Assembly: GCA_050290185.1 (NCBI GenBank)
Contig: JBNKHE010000010.1
Location: 1-64,000, forward strand
DNA length: 64,000 nucleotides
Direction: 5' to 3'
Origin: Pontiella sp.
GTDB taxonomy: Bacteria > Verrucomicrobiota > Kiritimatiellia > Kiritimatiellales > Pontiellaceae
Below, in pieces: positions 10,367-17,848 of the stretch. The notes beneath the pieces were generated by a model. That model was not told the origin of the DNA, ran no database searches, and saw only the letters and a program-made list of their open reading frames with translations. A program made the translations under genes and the position numbers. Within the stretch, counting starts at the first letter, position 1. Each line of letters starts with the position of its first letter.

Positions 10367-10696
10367 ATGCGAGAAAAAATGCCCGGCGAAATCATAGCGC
10401 TGCACGAAAAAAAGGAATTGGATCAATATTCCCCTGCCGAGTTGAAGAAATTCAAATCCACCCTCTCCAAACACATCTCGAAAACCAACGACTTCGTGAT
10501 CAAGTCCAAGGGCAAACGGGCCATTGAATACATCGAGACGCTGACCGGCAAGCGCGACTATAAGGAGAAAGCGGTGGTTGAATATGACAGCCTAAGCATG
10601 AGCCGCAAGGCGCTTGCCTTAAGCGTGATCGCCATCGTAATAAGCTCGATCGGGACGTTGTGGGTGATTTTGGAGCGGTTCATTTTCAAACCTTAG
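10367..10696 (+). CDS. Hypothetical protein with one C-terminal transmembrane helix
   Basis: Lys-rich soluble N-terminus and ALALSVIAIVISSIGTLWVIL tail. GAGG precedes ATG 10367 (ORF track starts at 10349). Confidence 0.6.
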   Translation: MREKMPGEIIALHEKKELDQYSPAELKKFKSTLSKHISKTNDFVIKSKGKRAIEYIETLTGKRDYKEKAVVEYDSLSMSRKALALSVIAIVISSIGTLWVILERFIFKP

Positions 10697-10839
10697 TTCC
10701 TTACATTTTCACTTCCATCATGTTGCGTTTGACCAGCATATGCTGGATATACTGTTCTCATATTTTGAAGCGCGGGCTTTTCGGGTAGGGTATGCGCGGA
10801 AACAGGTGTTCTGACTAATGCCCGCTTTCGGCAAGACCG

Positions 10840-11619
10840 ATGGCACAGAACTTTAAATTGATCGAAACCATGGAACAAAGAAAACCCATATTCACCTACA
10901 TCATCACCTGGCTCAACCCGATCATTCCGCCGACACTCGTTTTTATTCTGGGATCGTGTTTTGTTCTCACCAGCTCTGAGCCGGGAGCCCCGAAAACGAC
11001 ATGGATGGATCTCCACTTTAACGCGATGATCACCGGCTACTATTTCTGCGCCGCGTTGTCGCTGTGGTACTACGTCCAGGTCAGAAAACGCCGTTTCCGT
11101 CCCCGTTGGTGGAGCAATCTGTTGCTCATCCTATGCGCCTACCTGGCCATCCCGGCTTTTGCGCTGCTGATCGGACGGGAAGGAATCAAGAATTCTGCTC
11201 CGGTTGCCGGGGAATTTATTGTTCTGAATCCGATTTTCTTCATCGTAGCCACATGGCTTACCCGAAAAAAGGAAGAGATCCTGGAGCCAAAGAAGGGCGT
11301 GGATCGTTTTAAGTCGCCGCTTTGGATTCTGGCCTTTGCGCCGCTCCATTATGTGATGTTCTTTACTGCGGCGATATTATGCAGCATGGGATTTTATTCG
11401 ATCAGGTGGTTGATGCATAAGATCATGACGGTCCTGCACCAACCGTTGTATAATCACTTCACCTCGGATTATATCATCCAACACTTTCCCGGCCGGAAAG
11501 CGCACCTGATCTTTCTGCTCAATTCATTGATATGGGGCTTTGGCATATGGGTCGCTCTACGGTTGTTCCGGCAAAAGCGGAAGCCCGAACAGGACACGGA
11601 TTATAGATGCGGCAAATAA
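10840..11619 (+). CDS. Hypothetical multi-pass membrane protein
   Basis: About six hydrophobic segments flanked by basic loops. Start is 10840 or 10870. Confidence 0.65.
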   Translation: MAQNFKLIETMEQRKPIFTYIITWLNPIIPPTLVFILGSCFVLTSSEPGAPKTTWMDLHFNAMITGYYFCAALSLWYYVQVRKRRFRPRWWSNLLLILCAYLAIPAFALLIGREGIKNSAPVAGEFIVLNPIFFIVATWLTRKKEEILEPKKGVDRFKSPLWILAFAPLHYVMFFTAAILCSMGFYSIRWLMHKIMTVLHQPLYNHFTSDYIIQHFPGRKAHLIFLLNSLIWGFGIWVALRLFRQKRKPEQDTDYRCGK

Positions 11620-11632
11620 ACGGGGGAGTCCT

Positions 11633-11681
11633 TTAGCCACACAATTGAGACGAACAGGATAAATTGCGCACAAAATCACAA
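11633..11681. repeat. ~50-bp inverted repeat, right arm (partner at 8818-8867)
   Basis: Near reverse complement of 8818-8867. Confidence 0.8.
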
Positions 11682-11926
11682 GAAAAGGGGGATCATTGTT
11701 AAAATATCGGTCCGACACCTTTTGGTGATGAACGGGATGTTGGGGTAGGGCCGCAATAAAATGTTACTATAGGAGGGCTCGCCTCTTGTCCTTTATGTCA
11801 TCTGAGGAAAATGTATTTTTAACTATCATGGCATGTTAAATGCCTGTATAAGCGCGGTTCTTTTGTAACCAGAACAGTTTGACTTTAAAGAAAATTATTG
11901 AGTAACTGATCCCAACGGAGGGTAGC

Positions 11927-12091
11927 ATGAAAACTCTTGATAGGCTGGATTATGCTAATCGAGTGACAGATGAAAAACAGCTTACTCGAATAATGGAAGC
12001 AGTCAAAAAAGGGCAGAGTGCTGCTATTGACGCAATGAAGCAACGTGAGCTTAGAAATAAGCAAACTGATCTTCGGATCTTCCCTTTCTAA
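11927..12091 (+). CDS. Small 54-aa protein, absent from the ORF track
   Basis: GGAGG RBS at 11917-11921, ATG 11927, TAA 12089-12091. Translation: MKTLDRLDYANRVTDEKQLTRIMEAVKKGQSAAIDAMKQRELRNKQTDLRIFPF. It ends 14 bp before the next ATG. Confidence 0.65.
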   Translation: MKTLDRLDYANRVTDEKQLTRIMEAVKKGQSAAIDAMKQRELRNKQTDLRIFPF

Positions 12092-12105
12092 ACTAGCTCT
12101 CACAG

Positions 12106-13620
12106 ATGGGCAACTTTTCCTGCTTCAAGCATATAGAAGACATAGCAGATCTTTGCTTTTTTTCCAGAAGCATAGTTAAAAGTGCCGACTATCCTATTCC
12201 TCTTAACAAAATCCTATTCACCCTGTTCCGGCGCGAATACTTGAAAACGATTCTTGTCGAGGAAGCACCTGCGAATGATCAATATCTTGATGAATGTAGG
12301 GGAACTCATGCCGATCCCAAATATTTAATTCGATATCATTTTTTCAAAACGGCCGATCCTTCCAATCTATCACCCGGTATTTATGGCGGGTATTGCGATG
12401 TGCGTCCTGAAGGATCAATAGCAGAAGCATTTATCACAACCGAAACCATCACAAGCGGGAAGGATGATTCTTATGTATTCATGCCGTGTCATAGCAAGAT
12501 GTCCATTGCAGTGCCGCTGCCCGATCAATCCAGTATGGATTGTGAAATTGTAGGGTTCCCATATACAGAAAAGAATCATAAGGAAACGATGTGCGCCCAA
12601 GCGGCATTGCTTGGCATTGTGCAATACTGGCAAAGAAAAAATCCTGGATCTTTTCTGGATGTTAAATCAGCAAAGGACATCAATCGGTTGGCTGGCGTTG
12701 ATGAAGATCAAACGGGAGGACTGGATGCCAGGCAAATCAAGGAATTTTTTGCGTCTACTGGATTTGATGCTGAGTTTCTTGATTATTCGATGAGGATTTT
12801 TAGTGATGTGGATCGTCTCCACTTGGCGACAGATATTTATAGTTTCATCGAATCGCAGTGCCCAGTTCTAGCTGCAGTGAAAACACATAATGGAGGGCAT
12901 GCCCTAACTTTCATAGGCCATACTTTTGATAAGAATAGTTGGGCTGCAATGGCCGACCCCGGATATTTTGGAAAAACAAACGACTACTTTCATGAAAATA
13001 CGTCGTGGATAGAAAATCTTATTGTTCAAGACGATAATTTTGGCCCCTACTACTTTTTTCCATTTCATCGACTGTCGAAAATCATCAATTGCGCAATCAT
13101 TGCCTTACCATCATCTGCGATAAACATACTTCCGCATGAAGCAGCTAATTTTGCTGTGCGACAAACATTGTACTCCGCTGGTTTTTTGCAATTTCTTCAC
13201 GAAGAAATAGCGAAAACTCCTCTGCTGGATATCAACAAGCAATGGTTTGATGAATTTATCAAACACCTAAGCCCTACATGTGGAGACGGACTGGTTCCTC
13301 GAACGATTTTGCGTACTGGACAGCAGATGCTTGCTGACTATGCTGATCATCAATTTTCAGAAGTTGTAGATGCTTTACTAAATCATCCGGACTCACTAAA
13401 TCAATACTACTGGGTGGTTGAGCTGAGTTGGCCAAGCATCTACTGTTTTGGACAAAGCAAGAGTGGTGCTATCCTTGTTAACGCTAGCAATGCTGAAATC
13501 AGCTTTGTTCATGTCCCTGGCATGTGCATAGCGTTCTCAGGTGGTAAGCCATTTGTGTGTATCGCAGAAGAAGAGGACGCTCCTTTTGTTCATCTGAAGC
13601 CCGGCGTGCTCTCTCATTGA
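12106..13620 (+). CDS. Putative papain-fold (C39-like) cysteine peptidase, 504 aa
   Basis: Ordered motifs FPY..TM-C163-AQAAL, GGL...QI, YSFIES..PV, G-H265-ALTFIGH and IVQ-D309/D310-NFGPY give a Cys-His-Asp triad in papain order. Confidence 0.65.
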   Translation: MGNFSCFKHIEDIADLCFFSRSIVKSADYPIPLNKILFTLFRREYLKTILVEEAPANDQYLDECRGTHADPKYLIRYHFFKTADPSNLSPGIYGGYCDVRPEGSIAEAFITTETITSGKDDSYVFMPCHSKMSIAVPLPDQSSMDCEIVGFPYTEKNHKETMCAQAALLGIVQYWQRKNPGSFLDVKSAKDINRLAGVDEDQTGGLDARQIKEFFASTGFDAEFLDYSMRIFSDVDRLHLATDIYSFIESQCPVLAAVKTHNGGHALTFIGHTFDKNSWAAMADPGYFGKTNDYFHENTSWIENLIVQDDNFGPYYFFPFHRLSKIINCAIIALPSSAINILPHEAANFAVRQTLYSAGFLQFLHEEIAKTPLLDINKQWFDEFIKHLSPTCGDGLVPRTILRTGQQMLADYADHQFSEVVDALLNHPDSLNQYYWVVELSWPSIYCFGQSKSGAILVNASNAEISFVHVPGMCIAFSGGKPFVCIAEEEDAPFVHLKPGVLSH

Positions 13621-13649
13621 TACGTAGGGATAGCTTTTAGTCTGGAAGA

Positions 13650-14003
13650 CTACTTAGATCGCTTTTGACGAAGGAATTCGATGTAGTTCAAGACATCGGT
13701 TACCTCCTCATCGGTCAAATCATTGATTTTGCCTAATGCGGTCTTGGGAAGTGAAGATGTTTGCTTCTTGTTGCTTTTGCATTCTAGGACATATCCTGCC
13801 GCAATCATCAGGTCGTTAACACCAATGTCATAGCAATTGGCTAGTTTTGTTAGTGTTTGTGCAGAAGGGTTTTTAATTTTCCCATTTTCCAATTGCGAAA
13901 GATAGGGGTTTGAAATCCCTGTCTCTGCTTCAACTTGTCGTAATGACATGTCACGAGCCTGCCTTAACAGACGAATTTGTGCTCCTAGCTTTTCCTTGGC
14001 CAT
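13650..14003 (-). CDS. XRE-family HTH transcriptional regulator
   Basis: LG..IR.LR....SLRQV...TGISNPYLSQLENG...NPS...L..LA; short C-terminal dimerisation helix (EVTDVLNYIEFLR). Confidence 0.92.
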   Translation of the reverse strand: MAKEKLGAQIRLLRQARDMSLRQVEAETGISNPYLSQLENGKIKNPSAQTLTKLANCYDIGVNDLMIAAGYVLECKSNKKQTSSLPKTALGKINDLTDEEVTDVLNYIEFLRQKRSK

Positions 14004-14016
14004 TTTCCCTCCAATG

Positions 14017-14121
14017 CTGTTAGTGATGACTAACAGGTATAAATATGAAACGCAATGCTAAGTATATCAAAAAATAATACATTGCAGTGCTTGACAGATT
14101 TAGCATGCGGTGGTTTATTAC
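14017..14121. promoter_or_regulatory. Divergent promoter/operator region between the XRE gene and the Ubl operon
   Basis: Perfect dyad CTGTTAGT-GATG-ACTAACAG (14017-14036). TTGACA at 14091-14096 with TTTATT 17 bp downstream on the + strand. Confidence 0.55.
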
Positions 14122-14196
14122 GTGTGCGATAGACGCAAAAGGATTGCTGTATCCCGAGCAGCAGTAATTCTGGAAACAGCTCGGTGGAGTAATAAA

Positions 14197-14439
14197 ATGA
14201 AAGAAGAAAAAAGTGTTAATGTATTGGTGGATGGCGAGGACGTGACTATTCCGAAGAAAAACGTGACTGCACGTATGATACTGGAAGCTGCGGGCTTAAA
14301 TGTAAACGAACGGTATCTGATCGAAGTGAATGGATCGAATAGAATATCTTATAAAGATAGGCTGGATGAAGAGATCAATGGTATTCATGAGAGTAAAGAA
14401 TTCCTGACTGGTCGGATTGGTCCCGTGACGGTGTCGTGA
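14197..14439 (+). CDS. Ubiquitin-like (beta-grasp, multi-ubiquitin-type) protein, 80 aa
   Basis: V.VLVDGE......VTAR.IL..AGL....YLIE...EEI..IH...EF pattern typical of Multi_ubiq-type domains. First gene of an E2/JAB-E1 operon; GGAG RBS before ATG 14197; ends GRIGPVTVS. Confidence 0.75.
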   Translation: MKEEKSVNVLVDGEDVTIPKKNVTARMILEAAGLNVNERYLIEVNGSNRISYKDRLDEEINGIHESKEFLTGRIGPVTVS

Positions 14440-14822
14440 TGAATGTCAATGAGGGAGCACAAGCTTTTGCTGATCAATTGAGAAGCATTGGTATTCAGAG
14501 TTCGATCAAGCATCAAACATGGGTTGAGTTTGACTATGTTGTCGAGGGCGGAAAATTTGCAGGTACATCAGTCAAGATGGCGATCAATGTGCCGAATAAT
14601 TTTCCTGCAACTCCGCCATCGGGGATTAATTTTTCGCCGCGTTTGATGCCTCAGAATACCAGTGCTCAACATCCTCAAAGAAGCCACCCGTGTCGCCATC
14701 CCGACTGGAAAGCCAATGGCGAGTATTGGAGTAGGCCGCATAGCACGTGGAATAGCGAAGGAAATAAGAATGCCCAGACATACATGGCGTTTGTTCGGCA
14801 ATTATGGGGGGATGTTGTATGA
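14439..14822 (+). CDS. Prokaryotic E2/UBC-like protein
   Basis: F.Y.V.GG.F.G..V..AI.VP.NFP.TPP.G..F.P core and a YWSRP...W motif resembling prokaryotic E2 family E. TGATG coupling to the Ubl gene. Confidence 0.72.
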   Translation: MNVNEGAQAFADQLRSIGIQSSIKHQTWVEFDYVVEGGKFAGTSVKMAINVPNNFPATPPSGINFSPRLMPQNTSAQHPQRSHPCRHPDWKANGEYWSRPHSTWNSEGNKNAQTYMAFVRQLWGDVV

Positions 14823-16189
14823 AGGAGTATAGCGTTGCGCTATCAGACGAAACATATGCAGGCATAGAAAAACACCTAATTAGGGATGATGGTCAGGAAG
14901 ACCTATTATTTGCCTTTTACGTTCCGAGTACGGGAAGCAACAGGTTTTCCGGTATTATCAAAGAGCTCATTCTACCGAAAAAAGGAGAACGCATCCTGCA
15001 TGGTGATGTCTCTTTTACGTCGGATTATTTTGATCGTGTCATAGACATGCACCTGCAAAATCCAGCACGAGGAATTGCGCTCATTCACATCCATCCGATG
15101 GGGGAACAATGGCAAGAACTGAGTTACAATGATCATGTAGCTGAACAGGGTATGGCGGGAGCTGTACACGCACTGACAAAGCTTCCATTGCTAGGCATCA
15201 CGTTCGCTGGAATTACTGGAGCGATAAGCGCCAGGTTTTGGAAGAAGAAAGATGGGGAATGGACGCCGCATCATTGCCACAATACGCGAACGGTTGGTAA
15301 GGCGTTGGACGTATCATATCGTCAATTGACTGAAAGTGATGAGGAATACTTAGATCGTACAATTCAGGCGTGGGGTAATACGCTGCATTCAAAAATTATT
15401 AATGCGCGAGTTGGAATAGTTGGCTTGGGCAGTGTTGGGTCCATTGTCGCCGAGGGGTTGGCTCGGATGGGTATCCATAAATTTGTTTTGGTAGATGGTG
15501 ATGAAATTAAAAAAGTGAATTTGGACAGAACAATAAACTCAACAAGGAAAGATGTCATTGACCGGCGAAAGAAGGTCAGTGTTGCTCGCGATGCAATTTT
15601 AGAAAGTGCTACAACAGCAGATGTTCAGATAGCAACCTTTGAGACCTTTGTTCAAGAGCATGAGGCATATCGAAATCTCATAGACTGCGATGTCATTTTC
15701 TCATGTGTTGATAAACCACTCGCCAGATCGATCGTCAACTTTATTTCATACGCACACCTAATTCCAGTTATAGATGGTGGTATCAATTGTTCCAAGAAAG
15801 ATAATGACACCTTAAGGTCTGCCGATTGGGGAGTGTTTGTGACGTCCCCTGGAAGAGCATGCTTGGAGTGCATTGGACAATACAATCTAGGAGATGTCCA
15901 AATGGAGCAGGAAGGACTACTAGATGATCCCAACTACATTGATTCATTACCCTCTGACCACTTTGCTAAAAAACATGAAAACGTCATAGTGTTCAGTCTA
16001 GCCCTAGCAGGTCAAGAGTTGCTGGCCTTTGTAAACCTTTTTGGCAGGCTCTCAGGAACGAGTGCAGATAATTATTTAAAAGTAAGTTATCCATCAAACT
16101 ATGTTGAGTCGGGTAATGAGCGCTGCAATGAGAACTGCCATTACCTCAATATTCTAGGGATGGGTGATTTAATTTCGCCGCCAATTTGA
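14819..16189 (+). CDS. JAB/MPN metallopeptidase fused to a ThiF/E1-like adenylation enzyme
   Basis: N-terminal domain has QED...IHIHP-x8-SYND (JAB E..HxH..S..D). C-terminal domain has VGIVGLGSVGS, VDGD.I...NLDR, FSCVD, VIDGG and Zn ligands CLEC...CNENC. ATGA overlap with the E2 stop. Confidence 0.88.
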   Translation: MKEYSVALSDETYAGIEKHLIRDDGQEDLLFAFYVPSTGSNRFSGIIKELILPKKGERILHGDVSFTSDYFDRVIDMHLQNPARGIALIHIHPMGEQWQELSYNDHVAEQGMAGAVHALTKLPLLGITFAGITGAISARFWKKKDGEWTPHHCHNTRTVGKALDVSYRQLTESDEEYLDRTIQAWGNTLHSKIINARVGIVGLGSVGSIVAEGLARMGIHKFVLVDGDEIKKVNLDRTINSTRKDVIDRRKKVSVARDAILESATTADVQIATFETFVQEHEAYRNLIDCDVIFSCVDKPLARSIVNFISYAHLIPVIDGGINCSKKDNDTLRSADWGVFVTSPGRACLECIGQYNLGDVQMEQEGLLDDPNYIDSLPSDHFAKKHENVIVFSLALAGQELLAFVNLFGRLSGTSADNYLKVSYPSNYVESGNERCNENCHYLNILGMGDLISPPI

Positions 16190-16249
16190 CTGAACGCGCA
16201 CAGAAGGGAGAGAGGATCATCATATTGTTGATTGTTCATAATTTATATT

Positions 16250-16337
16250 CATCTACGTTCAACATGAGCCGTCACGGGAAATAAACGTTGCCTAAAATAC
16301 GGCGTTGTACCGTGTCGGCTCAATGTTCTGGTTCGAA
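16250..16337 (-). mobile_element. attC-like integron recombination site with degenerate R'
   Basis: Minus strand reads TTCGAAC (R'')-CAGAA-CAT[T]GAGCCGACACGG...CCGTGACGGCTCATG (L''/L' stem with one extra-helical base)-TTGAAC-GTAGAT. It starts 8 bp after the stop codon of the upstream gene. Confidence 0.65.
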
Positions 16338-16345
16338 CAATATTT

Positions 16346-16909
16346 TCAACATTGCAAGTGCTTTCCAAGTAAGACATCTAGCTCAAGGGAAAGAGTTTTG
16401 GTTTTGAAGAAGGTATAGGCGTCATCATCAGCTCCACGATTGATTAGGCTCAGAAATTCCATGACATAAGAGGAAACGTATTTCCAGATAGCGTTTGAAT
16501 CGTACCTTGAATTGGCCCAATTCACTAATCTTAATCCAACGATATAGTAATCATCTAGATCCTGTTTTCTGTCAGGATTATCTGATAAATATATTGTCCG
16601 TTTCCTGAAGTCTCGAAATGCGGTCATTTCTTCGCCATCGTCAGGCAATCCCAAAAAACTAACAACGGAAGAGGTGATATAACATCCCCCCCTAATCGTT
16701 GAGAGTAAGCTCATTAGTTTGACAATCCAGCCTATTAAATTCTGAAGCCAGTCGTGGGCATAATTGTCATCATTGCTGATACGACGCTTTTCAGCTTCAT
16801 TAGCATTTCTAATTCGACTACGAGCCCGGTCTACAATGTCACTTTCACAGGAACTACAATACGTTCCTGAGCCGTATATTTCATCTCCACAGTCTCTGCA
16901 ATAAGGCAT
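16346..16909 (-). CDS. Zinc-ribbon plus CFI-box-CTERM-like domain protein
   Basis: N-terminal CRDCG......YCSSC. GGCYITSSV..FLGLPDD.EEM..FRDFR....YY resembles the GCFIATA..LR.FRD..YY CFI-box pattern. Confidence 0.7.
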   Translation of the reverse strand: MPYCRDCGDEIYGSGTYCSSCESDIVDRARSRIRNANEAEKRRISNDDNYAHDWLQNLIGWIVKLMSLLSTIRGGCYITSSVVSFLGLPDDGEEMTAFRDFRKRTIYLSDNPDRKQDLDDYYIVGLRLVNWANSRYDSNAIWKYVSSYVMEFLSLINRGADDDAYTFFKTKTLSLELDVLLGKHLQC

Positions 16910-16911
16910 GA

Positions 16912-17766
16912 TTACTCCCCAACTATATCGGCTGCGACTGCTTTCTTTCCGAGATCGCTCATGAGCTCAGTATGGTCTTTAATTTCTCTATGGCGTGATA
17001 CTTTTATTTTTTTCTCCTCAGGAAGATACTCCATAAACTTGTCAAACACCTGATCGTGGTTCCAGCGTTTCCTCGCAGAGCAAACAACAATCTGATCTCT
17101 ACTGATCTCAACGTATTCCTCTAGTTTTTCTATGATGTCGCTTGTTCGTTCTTCGATTAATTTCCGCAAAGCTTTAGATGGGCCATTAAAATCCAAATCC
17201 CATCCGACGACGCCTTTAATTTCCATTTCTTGGGATAGAAGTATTTGGTCAACCTTGTTTAGGACAACGACAAGTTTTTTTCGATATCCTGTTCTATCAA
17301 GAATTTTTGCCATGTTCTTTTGGATATGTGCAACATCTCGACTTGAGCCATCGAGGACCCAATAAAGCAGGTCGTGATTAGGAATTTCCTTTACCCATTC
17401 CTCTAGGTATTCTTCTTCTTTTTCTGTTGATTCGCCGAGTCCTGGGCCATCTGTAAACTGGACTCGAAAACCCTCTTCATTTTCAATCATGAATGAGAAA
17501 AACGACTTCGTAACCGACCGAACCGCTCCTGTTTCAAGTCTACTGTAGTCTGCGTCGTTACCATGAAAATGTTGGTGCTCAACAATGTCGGAGTCTGAGA
17601 TTTTAAAAATTGATTTCAACAACTCTGTTTTGCCAACACCAGTTTGACCAATCCCAATGATTTTAACAGGAATCTTTAGATCCTCAGCAAGGAGATCTAA
17701 CTTTTTTTGCTTTTCCTCATCAGGGATATCTAGCATTTCAATTAGTTGTTTTAATTTAGGGTTCAT
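16912..17766 (-). CDS. TRAFAC GTPase, YfjP/YeeP-like
   Basis: G1 GQTGVGKT, G2 SVT, G3 DGPGLGES, G4 NKVD, G5 CSA. AAAGGAG RBS precedes ATG 17766. Confidence 0.85.
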   Translation of the reverse strand: MNPKLKQLIEMLDIPDEEKQKKLDLLAEDLKIPVKIIGIGQTGVGKTELLKSIFKISDSDIVEHQHFHGNDADYSRLETGAVRSVTKSFFSFMIENEEGFRVQFTDGPGLGESTEKEEEYLEEWVKEIPNHDLLYWVLDGSSRDVAHIQKNMAKILDRTGYRKKLVVVLNKVDQILLSQEMEIKGVVGWDLDFNGPSKALRKLIEERTSDIIEKLEEYVEISRDQIVVCSARKRWNHDQVFDKFMEYLPEEKKIKVSRHREIKDHTELMSDLGKKAVAADIVGE

Positions 17767-17784
17767 TACTTCTCCTTTATTAGA

Positions 17785-17848
17785 TTCGAACCGGTGATAG
17801 GCAGAAAAAGTTCCGCCTAGCACATAGGTTTTTGTGTTAGGCGGAATT
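17785..17848 (-). mobile_element. Cassette 5' boundary with attI-like repeated sites
   Basis: Minus-strand GTTCGAA (17791-17785) is exactly complementary to the R'' TTCGAAC of the attC. It is preceded by three TAGGC(A/G)GAA motifs at 17798-17806, 17811-17819 (inverted) and 17838-17846. Confidence 0.45.

Noticed and set aside
11885..12103. 72-aa minus-strand ORF in the track
   Set aside because: No convincing RBS. The plus-strand 54-aa ORF with GGAGG, co-oriented with the peptidase, is the better call.
14197..16189. ThiS/ThiF or MoaD/MoeB cofactor biosynthesis, or CBASS Cap2/Cap3
   Set aside because: No thiamine or molybdopterin genes and no CD-NTase nearby; an E2 is present, the JAB is fused to E1, and the Ubl lacks a GG end.
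16140..16240. Short minus-strand ORF (MNNQQYDDPLSLL...) just after the attC-like site, as a next cassette gene
   Set aside because: Only about 32 codons, overlaps the E1 3' end and has no recognisable motif; it cannot be supported.
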